From an uncultured Mollicutes bacterium (GTDB lineage: Bacteria; Bacillota_I; Bacilli_A; RFN20; CAG-826), in the NCBI GenBank assembly GCA_945936135.1, contig CAMESG010000002.1:107897-171896 (forward strand): a stretch of 64,000 bases of DNA, read 5' to 3'. Each line of letters opens with the position of its first letter. The first letter of the stretch is position 1. The notes beneath the pieces are model-generated. The model was not told the origin of the DNA. It searched no databases and saw only the letters and a list, made by a program, of their open reading frames with translations. A program made the position numbers and the translations under genes. This document shows, piece after piece, positions 38,271 to 48,153 of the stretch.

Positions 38271-40000
38271 CAATAGCGAAGCGTCATATTCTCACGTTTC
38301 GTCTCCATTTCAAAATCATAAGATTTATCGGTCCCGTAGAGCTTGCCAATATTCGAACAGTGCGAATAAACCCTTTGATACGAATTCATGATATCGACAA
38401 AGACAAGGTCAAGGTAAGAACGCGCGGCGTTCTCCCCCGTTGGGATATCATCGAAGAAGGATTCGATCGTATCGTCAATTTTCGCATTCAAAGTTCTTCT
38501 TTCTTTGATGATCGATAAGCTTAAGGTTCGATCGTTGTCTTTGAAGGCTTGAATGGTTTTGTCGATCAAAGTGATCGCGTTTTGGTTTGCGCCCAAGACC
38601 GCTTCCTTGATCTTGCCTTCCAAGGGTTCTTTGCGTTCCGAAGCCGTTTCAAAGAAAGTGACCAAAGATTCGCCATAGTCACCAATTCGTTCAATGTCTT
38701 TGCAGGCGCGAAGAACACGGGTCAAGTTCGTGATATCCGCGGTCGAAAGATCGCCGCGGTCCACCTTCAAAAGATACTCATTGATCATGCGGTCAATCTT
38801 ATCGATGCTGCCTTCGATGGTATGCACGAATTCCGCGTCTTCCGCTTTTCCGTGTTCTAGGTATTCGCCCATCGTTTCAAACATCATCTTGCTGTAGCTA
38901 AACATGGTGAGCACCTGTTCTTTGCCAAGCGCGATACCTTGTGAAGGGAAGGAAGCCATGATCTTGGAATCAAGTTCTTTGATCGCCAAGGCAGGGGCGA
39001 CGCGGTCGGAGCCTGGAACCATCAAATCCACCAGCTTGCAAACAGGTTTTAAAGCTCCGAGGAAAATGCCCGCGGTCACAAGGTTGAAGATCAAATGGCT
39101 GAAGGCAATTTGAAGCGCAGGAGAGAAACCCCAGGTCGCGCTCGAAGAAAGCCAGTTATGAATGGGCGGGATATAGATGAGACCCATAAACAAAGCAGCA
39201 CCAACAAAGTTATAGATAAAATGGAACAAAGCAGCCCGTTTTGCGTCTTTTGTGCCACCAATTGACGATAACAAGGCCGTGATCGTCGTACCGATGTTCG
39301 CGCCGAAGAGGATCGGCAAAACACCAAACAAACTGATATCCGCGGGTTGCCCGGAGGCGATGGACGCGGCAATCGATGCTGCATAAAGACTTTGGACGAC
39401 ACCGATGACCGCGCTCGAAGATTGGGTTGCCGCGGTCAGCAAGGCGCCAAGAAGAAGACCCAGCCAAGGATTGGAGGTCAAGAAGGAAATCATCTGACGG
39501 AAGCCTTCGATCTCCGCGAGCTGTTTCAAGTTCGCGGTCATGATCCACAAGCCAAGGAAAATGCAGCCGATCGCAAAGAAGAGGTCCCCAATGTTTTGGT
39601 ACTTCTTCCTCGTCGCAAGCAAAAGGATGAATCCGCCGATCAAGACGGCGATCGAAAGGTATTCCGCGATAGGAATCGAGATAATAAACGAGGTAACGGT
39701 CGTGCCGACGTTCGCGCCGATGATGATCGGAGCCGCGGCTAAGAAAGAGAGAACGCCAGCGCGCACCATGCCAATCGTGAGGGCGGTCGTTCCACCGCTT
39801 GATTGGATGATCGCTGTGAAGGCAGCACCCGTTAGGAAGCCGGTGAAGCGATTCCCGGAGCACTTATCCATGATTTTGGATAAGCCGCTGTCCGCCATCT
39901 TTTTGATGACGCGGGAGATCGAACTAATGCCAAAAAGGAAAAGGCCTAAGCCCGCGAGGACCAAGAACCAAAACAAAGGGTTATCAGGAGAGAGGTTCAT
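38270..40000 (-). CDS. Na+/phosphate cotransporter family protein with C-terminal PhoU-like domain
   Basis: Two 'QSS..T/V' plus 'GAN(V/I)GTT' repeats; 'DIERIGD' PhoU motif. Confidence 0.92.
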   Translation of the reverse strand: MNLSPDNPLFWFLVLAGLGLFLFGISSISRVIKKMADSGLSKIMDKCSGNRFTGFLTGAAFTAIIQSSGGTTALTIGMVRAGVLSFLAAAPIIIGANVGTTVTSFIISIPIAEYLSIAVLIGGFILLLATRKKYQNIGDLFFAIGCIFLGLWIMTANLKQLAEIEGFRQMISFLTSNPWLGLLLGALLTAATQSSSAVIGVVQSLYAASIAASIASGQPADISLFGVLPILFGANIGTTITALLSSIGGTKDAKRAALFHFIYNFVGAALFMGLIYIPPIHNWLSSSATWGFSPALQIAFSHLIFNLVTAGIFLGALKPVCKLVDLMVPGSDRVAPALAIKELDSKIMASFPSQGIALGKEQVLTMFSYSKMMFETMGEYLEHGKAEDAEFVHTIEGSIDKIDRMINEYLLKVDRGDLSTADITNLTRVLRACKDIERIGDYGESLVTFFETASERKEPLEGKIKEAVLGANQNAITLIDKTIQAFKDNDRTLSLSIIKERRTLNAKIDDTIESFFDDIPTGENAARSYLDLVFVDIMNSYQRVYSHCSNIGKLYGTDKSYDFEMETKRENMTLRY

Positions 40001-40322
40001 ACAGCGTTATTATCGCCTAATCGCCGCGTTCTTGAAAGAACGTTTCTTGTATCCTCTTGGCGCGGAAGTCGAGCAAACAGTCAAAGCTAAGGTTTTCGCT
40101 ATCTTAATAGGGCAACTGGTTTTATCGAAAAACAAGACCGTGTTTTGGGCGATTTTCAAAAAAATTACAAAGGGCATCGTAAAAAAGCGAAAATTTTATT
40201 TTCAAAACATTAGTAATGATCGAAGAAATTCTTTTTCTTTAAAAAAGTAACCAAAGCATGATGTAATTTTTAGCGGTGTGCATTTGGAGGCCGAAACAAC
40301 AAGCAAAAACCCTTGGAATTCA

Positions 40323-40928
40323 TTATGGGATCTTGCATTGCGCGACCTCTTTTACGAATAGGTTCAGAACCTTCAAATACCGTAGATCAAAGGAATGCCC
40401 CATATCCCCAAGGAGGACAAGGAGCCTGTCGTTGATCTTGCGGAAATCCTCATAGTGTCGGCAAATATCGTCTTTCCCGCCGAAGATCCCGGCGAAGCGC
40501 TTCTTCTTACCAAGGGTTTCATACCAATGATCAAGATCCGCATTGGGATCGTTCTCAAGGATGATTTGATCGAGCTCATCGTAGAAGGAGGAATCCAATG
40601 TAAAGGTTGTAAAACCATCCGCACAATAGAAGGTTCCGTAACCAAACGCAGGCTCAATGTCCTTCCTAGGCGTTAACGTCGGATTGATCAAAACCCCGCG
40701 AGGGCAATCCGATTGCAAGGCGTAAAACCCTCCAACCGACATTCCGATCACGACATCGATGTGGTGTTTTTCGATATATTCGTTGACTTCTTGCAAGGCT
40801 TTTTTCGGGCGAGAGGAGAAATCGGGATGATGGAAAGTGAATTTCAAATCGTTTAAGGAATCCAAGGCTTCGCCCATCAAGGTGTCGCCCGATCCTCCTA
40901 AACCATGAATGAACAGAACGTTTTTCAT
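40323..40928 (-). CDS. YqiA/YcfP-family alpha/beta esterase
   Basis: 'FIHGLGGSG', nucleophile elbow 'GMSVGG', 'LINP', 'D..', 'GH'. Confidence 0.85.
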   Translation of the reverse strand: MKNVLFIHGLGGSGDTLMGEALDSLNDLKFTFHHPDFSSRPKKALQEVNEYIEKHHIDVVIGMSVGGFYALQSDCPRGVLINPTLTPRKDIEPAFGYGTFYCADGFTTFTLDSSFYDELDQIILENDPNADLDHWYETLGKKKRFAGIFGGKDDICRHYEDFRKINDRLLVLLGDMGHSFDLRYLKVLNLFVKEVAQCKIP

Positions 40929-41088
40929 TGTTTACAAGATAACACAAAGAAGGTTGGAATGTCGTTCTAACCCACGGATCATTATACCTAAGACAAGAAT
41001 TCAAAAGTTTCTGAAAAGTTCATCCGTATAGCATGGAATGCTAACGTTGTATCCGATACAATATTTTTAGAAAAAGGCAACGTCGTTT

Positions 41089-44000
41089 TTGTTGTTTCAA
41101 AAAGGGTTTAGGGTAGCGCGCGTGAACATTGAAAAATTAAACAAATGGGCCGATCTATTGTTGGACACGGGGAAGAGAAATAACCTCGTAAATTTCAAAG
41201 ATTCGAAAACCAATTCCGTTGAAATTGTTTTCCCCGATTTTCAGAAAGTTTTCAGTAAAGCCCTGCGTTCCTCTTGTTTCGAAGTTTATGACCCAAAATT
41301 GAACGACGATGACGATTTGTTCATCGACATCCCGAAATCGAAGATCCCATCCAAAGAAGAATACACTCAAACTTTCTCTAGCAAGATCAAGGCTTCCCAA
41401 ATTCTCGTCTACAGCATTTCAGGAAACCCCCTTCAAACCCTAAAATCCATCGGAAGGAAAGGAATATCCGCGATCGAAGAAACGGGCGTGAATATCGTTT
41501 ACCTTGCCGTAGGCTTTATCCGCTGGAAGGAAAGCAGCGATCTATCCACCGAGATGCTCGCGCCTTTGCTTCTTCTTCCCGTCACGATTGAGCACGAATC
41601 CACGATCTCCCCGTATCGCATCAAGGTATCCGGAGATGAAATCGCGATTAATCCGAGTTTTGCCTACAAGCTCCAAAACGAACACGGAATCGTTCTTCCG
41701 GAGTTTGATGAAGACGAGGGAATCGATCTTTACCTAACGAAGATATCCTCTCTTCTATCTCCCTTGAATTGGACGATCTCTAAGGAGGCCAAAATCGGCA
41801 TCTTCTCCTTTCAAAAGATCAATATGTACAAGGATCTTAAAGAGAATACCGAGGTCATTGCTGAGAACGAGAACGTCCGAATTCTTTTAGGAGAGCCAAA
41901 TGCCCCGACGTCGGAAGAGAGCGAAGCTCCTGTTGACTTGCTTTCCTTGCATAACGTCATCGATGCGGACTCAAGCCAAGCTGAAGCCATTGAAGCGGCG
42001 AAAGAAGGAAAGAGTTTTGTCCTCCAAGGACCCCCAGGCACCGGAAAGAGCCAAACCATCACCAACATCATCGCCGAGTGCTTGATGGACGGGAAAAAGG
42101 TCCTGTTCGTCTCCGAGAAGCTCGCCGCGCTTAATGTTGTCTATGACAAATTGAAGAAGGTCGACCTCGCGGAATTCTGTTTGGAACTCCACAGTCATAA
42201 AGCCAACAAGAAACAGGTCGTCGAAGAACTTTGCGCTACCCTTCACCTTCCTCGATCTGGGGTTTCAAGTCGCGCAGAGAAAGAGATCAACCTTAAAGAA
42301 GAATCGCAACACAACCTCGATGCCTATGTAACCGAACTCCATCAAATCCGCCCGACAATCCATCGATCCCTGTACCAGTTATTCGAGGAGATCTCCGCCT
42401 GCAGGAACTTCCCCGATATCACCTTTCTCATCTCGAACCTTCCAACGAAAGGGGAATACTATCTTGACCAAGCCGAGAAGGATTTAACCCATTACGCCGA
42501 ATACACAAAAACCATCGGAAGCAACTATCGAAGGAATGTGTGGTATGGCTATGTCGATTCCGATCTTTCCTTTGCAAAATCCGTCCAATTGAAAGGGAAT
42601 TTGCAAGGTGTCGCGGCCTTGTTGCGCGATTTGAAATCCTTGAACCCCGATTTGAAAAAGAGTTATGGAATCGGAATGGATTCCCTAAAAAGCGCGAAGG
42701 CGCTTGAAACCTTCTTTGATCTTTGCAGTCGAACCGACTTCATTACTCCGGGGCTTTTCAACGAAGACGTCTTGGATCAAACGATTGGCACAGCCAAAAG
42801 CCTTGAAACCCTCGCCCAAAAGATCTTGAGTCAGAAAGAGAGCCTTGATCAACGTTTCGATGAAGATATCTTTTCCGTAGACGGTAAACGTCAATATAAA
42901 CTTCTCTCCAAGCAATACCAAGGCTTCTTCTCTCGCTTGTTCAGTAAGGAATATAAAGGAATTATCAAAGAACTCCGTTTGACGAAAAAAGACGGCAAGA
43001 AACCAAACTACCAAGAAGCCGTTCAGATCGTTGACGAACTTCAAAAATACCAAGAAGATCTCGCCTCGTTCAAAGGGCAAGAAACCGATGTTATTGGCTT
43101 GTTTGGGAAGGGTTACCAAAAAGAATACACAGACTTTGATACCCTGCTCCTTGAACTAGAAAGCCTTCAAGGCTGTCTAAAAGAAGCAAAGGACATCCGC
43201 GAACTCTCTTACATGCCTCTTGATCATTTCTTGGCCCAAAAGGTCCAATTCCGTCGTTACGCGGACAAGCTTTCCTTCATCAACAAGAGCCACGAAGAAT
43301 GCCTGGCCTCCCTTCTATGCTCCTTTGACGTTAACAAGGTCAATCTTTGCTCTTTGCCTTTTGATGAACTAGGAGAAAAGCTAAACGCCTATCTCGATAA
43401 CCTAGGAACCTTGGAGCATTGGTGTTCCTTCCTTAAGCTTTTGAATACTTTAAAGGAACACGAACTCCTCGATTATGTGAACTTCGCCTTAAGTCAGGGA
43501 ATCCCTGCGAAAGACGTCGCACTCGTCTTCCGTAAGACCCTTTATACCCAATGGGTGGATTCGATTCTTCATGATTCTCCCGTCTTATCCGATTTAACAC
43601 GCATCCCCCATGATGAAATGGTGGAACGATTCAAAGAGAAAGACCGTGTCTACTTTGAAATCAACAAAGCTAAGATCAAAGCAGAGCTTTCCTCGAAGCG
43701 CCCTTCCTTGGACTACGTTGCTCAAGGAAGCGCCGTCGCAACCCTTTTGCGCGAAGGCGAAAAGAAAAGAAAGCGGAAGGAGATCCGTCAATTGTTCGCC
43801 GAGACAGGCGATCTCGTCTTGGCGTTGAAGCCTTGCTTCTTGATGTCCCCTTTAAGCGTCAGCACCTTCCTTACGCCCGAAACGAAATTCGACGTCGTTA
43901 TCTTTGACGAAGCGTCTCAGATCTTCCCTCAAGACGCGGTTGGAGCCATCTATCGCGGAAAGCAATTGATCGTTGTCGGGGACTCGAAGCAGATGCCTCC

Positions 44001-45714
44001 AAGCAACTTCTTCAACGTTGAGATGTCCGATGCAAACGAAGAGGAAGAAAGCATCGCGGATTATGAATCGATTCTCGATCTATGCTCTACTTCTTTTGCT
44101 CAACGCCGCCTTGCTTGGCATTATCGCAGCCGTTATGAGCCTCTGATCTCCTTCTCCAACGCGAACTTCTATCACAATGGTCTGGTGACGTTCCCATCTT
44201 CGAAGACCAATAAGAAGAGGATCGGCGTAGACTTCGAATTCGTAAACGGCGTCTTTGACCGCGTCTCGAAAACCAACCGCATCGAAGCGGAACGCATCGT
44301 CGATTTGGTCTTTGAACACATCAATACCTATCCAGAACGGAGTCTAGGCGTTGTTGCGTTCAGCATCTCTCAGCAGAACTTGATCGAGCGTTTGATCTAC
44401 CGCAGACGCAAGCAACACCCGGAGCACGAAGAGTTTTTCGTTTCTTCTCGACCCGAACCGTTCTTCGTTAAAAATCTAGAAACGGTTCAAGGGGATGAGC
44501 GCGACACGATCATCTTCTCTGTCGCCTATGCGAAAGACGCGGATGGGCGCTTGCTCTATAACTTCGGTCCCTTGAACCGTGAAGGCGGAGAACGTCGTCT
44601 TAACGTCGCGGTCACCCGCGCGAAAATCAACATCCAATTGGTCGCGTCCATCCATCATTTCGATATCGACACGAACCGCACCAAATCCCTTGGAGCGAAG
44701 CTGCTCCGTGATTATTTGGGCTACGCGGAGAACGGGACGATTGGTTTAACAAGCGAGCCCGGAGAGGTTTCTAACGCCTTCGAAATGTCCCAAACCGACT
44801 TTGAAAACGAAGTCGCCGAATTCCTGCGCGAACATCATTTCGAGGTCGATACCAACGTCGGTTCTTCAGCGGATAAAGTCGATCTAGCGATCAAAAACCC
44901 GAATTCTTCCGATTACATTCTCGCGATCGAATGCGATGGACAAACGTATCGTTCTTCCAAGACGGCAAGAGACCGTGATCGCCTCCGTCAAGAAGTCTTA
45001 GAGCGCATGGGATGGACATTCTATCGCCTTTGGTCCACGGATTGGTTCCGTGACAAAGAAACCGAGAAACAACGCCTTTTAAAGGCCGCGATCAGCGCGG
45101 CGAAAGGTCTGCCAACGCAGCCTAAAGAGCCCGAAACGCCAGAAGACGTTGATTTTGAAGAAACAATCGATAAGAAGAAAGTCGAATTCCCTAAATACGA
45201 AATGGTCGATGCCTATGACGCGGCGTTAAAGAACCATAACGATGTCCTTCTTACCGTCAAAGCGATCGTCGACGTAGAATCACCCATCTCAGAAGAATGG
45301 CTTTTGAAGCGCATCGTTTTCCTCTTTGACGGACGGAAGAAAGTCACAAACCTGGTCCGTGGAGCTTATGAGCATTTTATGTTCGACTGCTTCCGTTATG
45401 GGATCGGAAGAAAAAACGGGTATCTCTATACCTTAGGGCAAGACACCCCAATGCTTCGCGTCCCCAAAGAAGGCACGACCCCAAGAGAGATTAAATATAT
45501 CGCCCTCGAAGAATTAGCGAGCGGGATTGAGGAACTTCTAAAGCAGAATATCTCCGCAAATAGAGGAGATCTTTTCCGTTTATTAGCGAGTCTTTTAGGC
45601 TTTACGCGCATCGGGGAAGGCATGCAAGAAAGGTTCAACGCGGCATTGAGCTTGATGTCGGATAAGTTAGAACAAAACGGGGAAACGGTCTCGTTAAAGA
45701 ACAAAAAGGCCTGA
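41089..45714 (+). CDS. DUF4011 + SF1 helicase + Vsr-like nuclease + DUF3320 protein (Hhe-like putative anti-phage protein); likely start GTG 41122
   Basis: 'W..LLLD..KRNNLVNF' N-terminus, 'QGPPGTGKSQTI', 'FDEASQ', 'GDSKQMPP', 'HYRS', 'VQGDERD', 'RLNVAVTRA', 'IECDG..Y.SS..ARDRDRLRQ..LE..GW...R.WSTDW'. Confidence 0.88.
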   Translation: MLFQKGFRVARVNIEKLNKWADLLLDTGKRNNLVNFKDSKTNSVEIVFPDFQKVFSKALRSSCFEVYDPKLNDDDDLFIDIPKSKIPSKEEYTQTFSSKIKASQILVYSISGNPLQTLKSIGRKGISAIEETGVNIVYLAVGFIRWKESSDLSTEMLAPLLLLPVTIEHESTISPYRIKVSGDEIAINPSFAYKLQNEHGIVLPEFDEDEGIDLYLTKISSLLSPLNWTISKEAKIGIFSFQKINMYKDLKENTEVIAENENVRILLGEPNAPTSEESEAPVDLLSLHNVIDADSSQAEAIEAAKEGKSFVLQGPPGTGKSQTITNIIAECLMDGKKVLFVSEKLAALNVVYDKLKKVDLAEFCLELHSHKANKKQVVEELCATLHLPRSGVSSRAEKEINLKEESQHNLDAYVTELHQIRPTIHRSLYQLFEEISACRNFPDITFLISNLPTKGEYYLDQAEKDLTHYAEYTKTIGSNYRRNVWYGYVDSDLSFAKSVQLKGNLQGVAALLRDLKSLNPDLKKSYGIGMDSLKSAKALETFFDLCSRTDFITPGLFNEDVLDQTIGTAKSLETLAQKILSQKESLDQRFDEDIFSVDGKRQYKLLSKQYQGFFSRLFSKEYKGIIKELRLTKKDGKKPNYQEAVQIVDELQKYQEDLASFKGQETDVIGLFGKGYQKEYTDFDTLLLELESLQGCLKEAKDIRELSYMPLDHFLAQKVQFRRYADKLSFINKSHEECLASLLCSFDVNKVNLCSLPFDELGEKLNAYLDNLGTLEHWCSFLKLLNTLKEHELLDYVNFALSQGIPAKDVALVFRKTLYTQWVDSILHDSPVLSDLTRIPHDEMVERFKEKDRVYFEINKAKIKAELSSKRPSLDYVAQGSAVATLLREGEKKRKRKEIRQLFAETGDLVLALKPCFLMSPLSVSTFLTPETKFDVVIFDEASQIFPQDAVGAIYRGKQLIVVGDSKQMPPSNFFNVEMSDANEEEESIADYESILDLCSTSFAQRRLAWHYRSRYEPLISFSNANFYHNGLVTFPSSKTNKKRIGVDFEFVNGVFDRVSKTNRIEAERIVDLVFEHINTYPERSLGVVAFSISQQNLIERLIYRRRKQHPEHEEFFVSSRPEPFFVKNLETVQGDERDTIIFSVAYAKDADGRLLYNFGPLNREGGERRLNVAVTRAKINIQLVASIHHFDIDTNRTKSLGAKLLRDYLGYAENGTIGLTSEPGEVSNAFEMSQTDFENEVAEFLREHHFEVDTNVGSSADKVDLAIKNPNSSDYILAIECDGQTYRSSKTARDRDRLRQEVLERMGWTFYRLWSTDWFRDKETEKQRLLKAAISAAKGLPTQPKEPETPEDVDFEETIDKKKVEFPKYEMVDAYDAALKNHNDVLLTVKAIVDVESPISEEWLLKRIVFLFDGRKKVTNLVRGAYEHFMFDCFRYGIGRKNGYLYTLGQDTPMLRVPKEGTTPREIKYIALEELASGIEELLKQNISANRGDLFRLLASLLGFTRIGEGMQERFNAALSLMSDKLEQNGETVSLKNKKA

Positions 45715-46277
45715 GAATAGCAAAGGCTTTCTTTCTCATCCCTTTTCAGATCCTTCGACATAAGCTTCAGGTAGGTCTCGTCGGTCCAGAACCGCTCTCC
45801 CATCACAATGTCGGCCTGATAGTTCTTCAGCACTTCGAATATCTTGTTCAGCCAATATCTGCCCGTAGAATAGGCATTTCTGTTGTCTATCGATGCGTCA
45901 CTGATGCTTTGGTATTGAAAAAGATGTATGAGGAACTCTGTCCATTCCCCTATTGGTATTTTCCTTGAATCGAAAATCGAGCCCGTCGGGGGATTGAATT
46001 TCCTGTGACACGAATTGCAACGGAAGCATTGGGTTCCGTCCTTCCTATACCCGATCTTCCTGAACCTGTCCGATCCATAGTAGGGACAGCATTTCACCTT
46101 CGTCGAATTCACGAATTCGATTTCAGGGCGCGAAAAGGAAGAATGCTTCGCATCGTACCATACTTCCGTTCTGTCGATGACCAAGTCGCCAAGTCTGTCG
46201 TTGTTTTCGAACGTCGAAAACATGCTCCGCAACGTGCGCGGATTCGAAAAAGAGCTTTTGTCCTGTTTTTTGTTCAT
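45715..46277 (-). mobile_element. Truncated IS1595-family transposase (N-terminal Zn ribbon and first DDE aspartate only)
   Basis: 'CPYYGS...G.Q.FRCNSC.RKF...TGSIF...K', 'TDETY'; sequence switches to the antisense of the helicase gene shortly after. Confidence 0.7.
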
Positions 46278-46459
46278 TTTGGTGGTTTGTCTAGGTCGGT
46301 GGAAGAGCGATGACAAACCACCACGTTTAGAAATCACTCTCCCGCCGATACGTATTCTATCGGTGCCAGAGGACTGAATGGAGTATTCTACTCCGCCGTG
46401 ACTGAAGTGACCCCATGTGCAAATCAGTGTTTAATTTTATAATAAATTTAGCATATGAA

Positions 46460-46518
46460 TTGAGTTTGCTCACAATTTAAGTTATATTTTGTGAGTAATA
46501 AGAAAGGATTGTGAGAAA
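46460..46518 (+). promoter_or_regulatory. fic promoter overlapped by three CTCACAA/TTGTGAG boxes
   Basis: TTGAGT(46460-65)-17-TATATT(46483-88); boxes at 46469, 46489 and 46509. Confidence 0.55.
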
Positions 46519-46519
46519 G

Positions 46520-47566
46520 ATGCGCAAAGAATTTGATTGCTCCAAACTTGCTGATAGAACCTTCGACAGGGAAACCATCAATTACATCGGCCTGATACAT
46601 GAATACAAGGGAAGGCAGGAGCTTTATCTGGAGCAGAAGCCAGAGGAACTCGATAAGCTCGTTGAGCTTTCCAAAATCCAAAGCACGGAATCCAGCAACG
46701 AAATCGAAGGAATCGTCACGACCAACCGGAGATTAGCCCAGCTGATGAACGAGAAAACGACACCGAAGAACCGCAGCGAGAAAGAGATCAAAGGCTACCA
46801 TAACGTCCTTGACATCATTCATGGTAATTTCGATTATATCACCATTACCCCCGGCATGATCCTTCAGCTTCATAAGGAGTTATATAAATTCTCCGATGAG
46901 CGTTTCGGAGGCAAGTTCAAGGATTCCCCCAACGAAATCGATGCCATAACCAAAGAAGGGACGAAGATTGTTCTGTTCCGGCCACTAGAGCCTTTCGAGA
47001 CGCCGGAGGCGGTAGAGAGGCTTTGCGAGGAATACGACAAGGCAATCAACAAGTACCGCATCGATCCCCTCATCGTCATCCCGGTCTTCATCCATGACTT
47101 CCTCTGCATCCATCCCTTCAACGATGGAAACGGAAGGATGTCAAGACTTCTCACGACACTCCTTCTCTATAAGAATGGATACGAGGTCGGGAAATACATC
47201 TCCCTGGAAAAGAAGATACAAGTCACCAAAAACGATTATTACGACGCCTTGCAGGAAAGCTCCCATGGCTGGATAGACGATAAGAACGATGACACTCCTT
47301 TCATAAAATATTTACTTGGGACCATTTTGGCCGCCTATCGTGATTTCGAGGATAGGGTCAACATCGTCGGAAAGAAAATGTCCGCCAGGGAGATGGTCGA
47401 GAAGGCAGTGAAATCCAGAATCGGAAAGTTCACCAAAACCGATATCGCAGAGCTATGTCCGGAAATCAGCAAGGGCTCCGTCGAGCAGACTCTCAAAAAG
47501 CTTTGCGATGAAGGCAAGATAAAGAAAGAAGGCGTCGGAAAAGCGACTTTCTACCACATGATTTGA
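46520..47566 (+). CDS. Fic-domain protein with C-terminal winged HTH
   Basis: Canonical 'HPFNDGNGRMSR'; N-terminal 'SSNEIEG' inhibitory motif; C-terminal 'TKTDIAELCPEISKGSVEQTLKKL..EGKI...G.GKATFY'. Confidence 0.93.
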   Translation: MRKEFDCSKLADRTFDRETINYIGLIHEYKGRQELYLEQKPEELDKLVELSKIQSTESSNEIEGIVTTNRRLAQLMNEKTTPKNRSEKEIKGYHNVLDIIHGNFDYITITPGMILQLHKELYKFSDERFGGKFKDSPNEIDAITKEGTKIVLFRPLEPFETPEAVERLCEEYDKAINKYRIDPLIVIPVFIHDFLCIHPFNDGNGRMSRLLTTLLLYKNGYEVGKYISLEKKIQVTKNDYYDALQESSHGWIDDKNDDTPFIKYLLGTILAAYRDFEDRVNIVGKKMSAREMVEKAVKSRIGKFTKTDIAELCPEISKGSVEQTLKKLCDEGKIKKEGVGKATFYHMI

Positions 47567-47576
47567 TCATCAACTT

Positions 47577-47609
47577 AGGGCGCTTGCAATCATAGCAAGT
47601 GCCTTTTTT
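47577..47609 (+). terminator. Terminator after fic
   Basis: GGCGCTTGC/GCAAGTGCC stem plus T6. Confidence 0.75.
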
Positions 47610-47660
47610 CTCACAATTCATTAGTTTGCTCATAATTTTGTCACCGTTTTTTGAGAAACA
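47607..47660. repeat. Downstream copy of the fic-flanking repeat cluster
   Basis: 47621-47660 TTAGTTTGCTCATAATTT..TTTTTTGAGAAACA aligns ungapped with 46461-46500 TGAGTTTGCTCACAATTT..TTTTGTGAGTAATA; extra CTCACAA at 47610. Confidence 0.7.
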
Positions 47661-48153
47661 TATTAACTTTTGCATGTCTTTTATTCCAAAAACTATGGTG
47701 GTTACCGTATCTTTTCGATACGTTCTCTTTTGCTTTGGCGAAGGCGTTCTCATCTATAAGGCCCGCCTGAAGAATCTTCACGAGCAAGCCGATCTCCATG
47801 ATGTAGTCCAATGCCTTAACGTCTACGATTCCACCTTCAGGCTCTATCAGCTCATTCGAAATCGGATATTCCTCTGCAAGGCGCTCCGTCGTCTCCATTC
47901 CCATATACAGCTCATAAACACACTTCTTAAGGAACGACACGTCGTCTTCTATGGACGCGATGGATTTCCTGATCTTCTTCATTTCCGCCATCACGGACAC
48001 GGTTCCCTTTTTCCTTTTCGCATCGCATCCGAGCATTATCAGCTCTTTGAAGTAATCCGATAGGTTGTCGTATCCACCTTCCTCGAAATCCCTCTTGAGC
48101 TCCTCCACGTCCTCTTTCTTGGAGATGTAAACCTGCGGCCTTGTGAAATTCAT
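47641..48153 (-). CDS. Hypothetical protein: RHH-like N-terminus, SHOCT-like C-terminus (mobile-element type)
   Basis: Strong SD AAGGAGGG; 'GYDNLSDYFKELI' RHH-like; 'LLVKILQAGLIDENAFAKAKE' SHOCT-like. Confidence 0.55.
   Translation of the reverse strand: MNFTRPQVYISKKEDVEELKRDFEEGGYDNLSDYFKELIMLGCDAKRKKGTVSVMAEMKKIRKSIASIEDDVSFLKKCVYELYMGMETTERLAEEYPISNELIEPEGGIVDVKALDYIMEIGLLVKILQAGLIDENAFAKAKENVSKRYGNHHSFWNKRHAKVNMFLKKR

Noticed and set aside
45426-46337. 303-aa ORF as an intact transposase
   Set aside because: Only the part down to about 45715 is transposase-like; the rest is antisense of the helicase gene, and the later DDE residues are missing.
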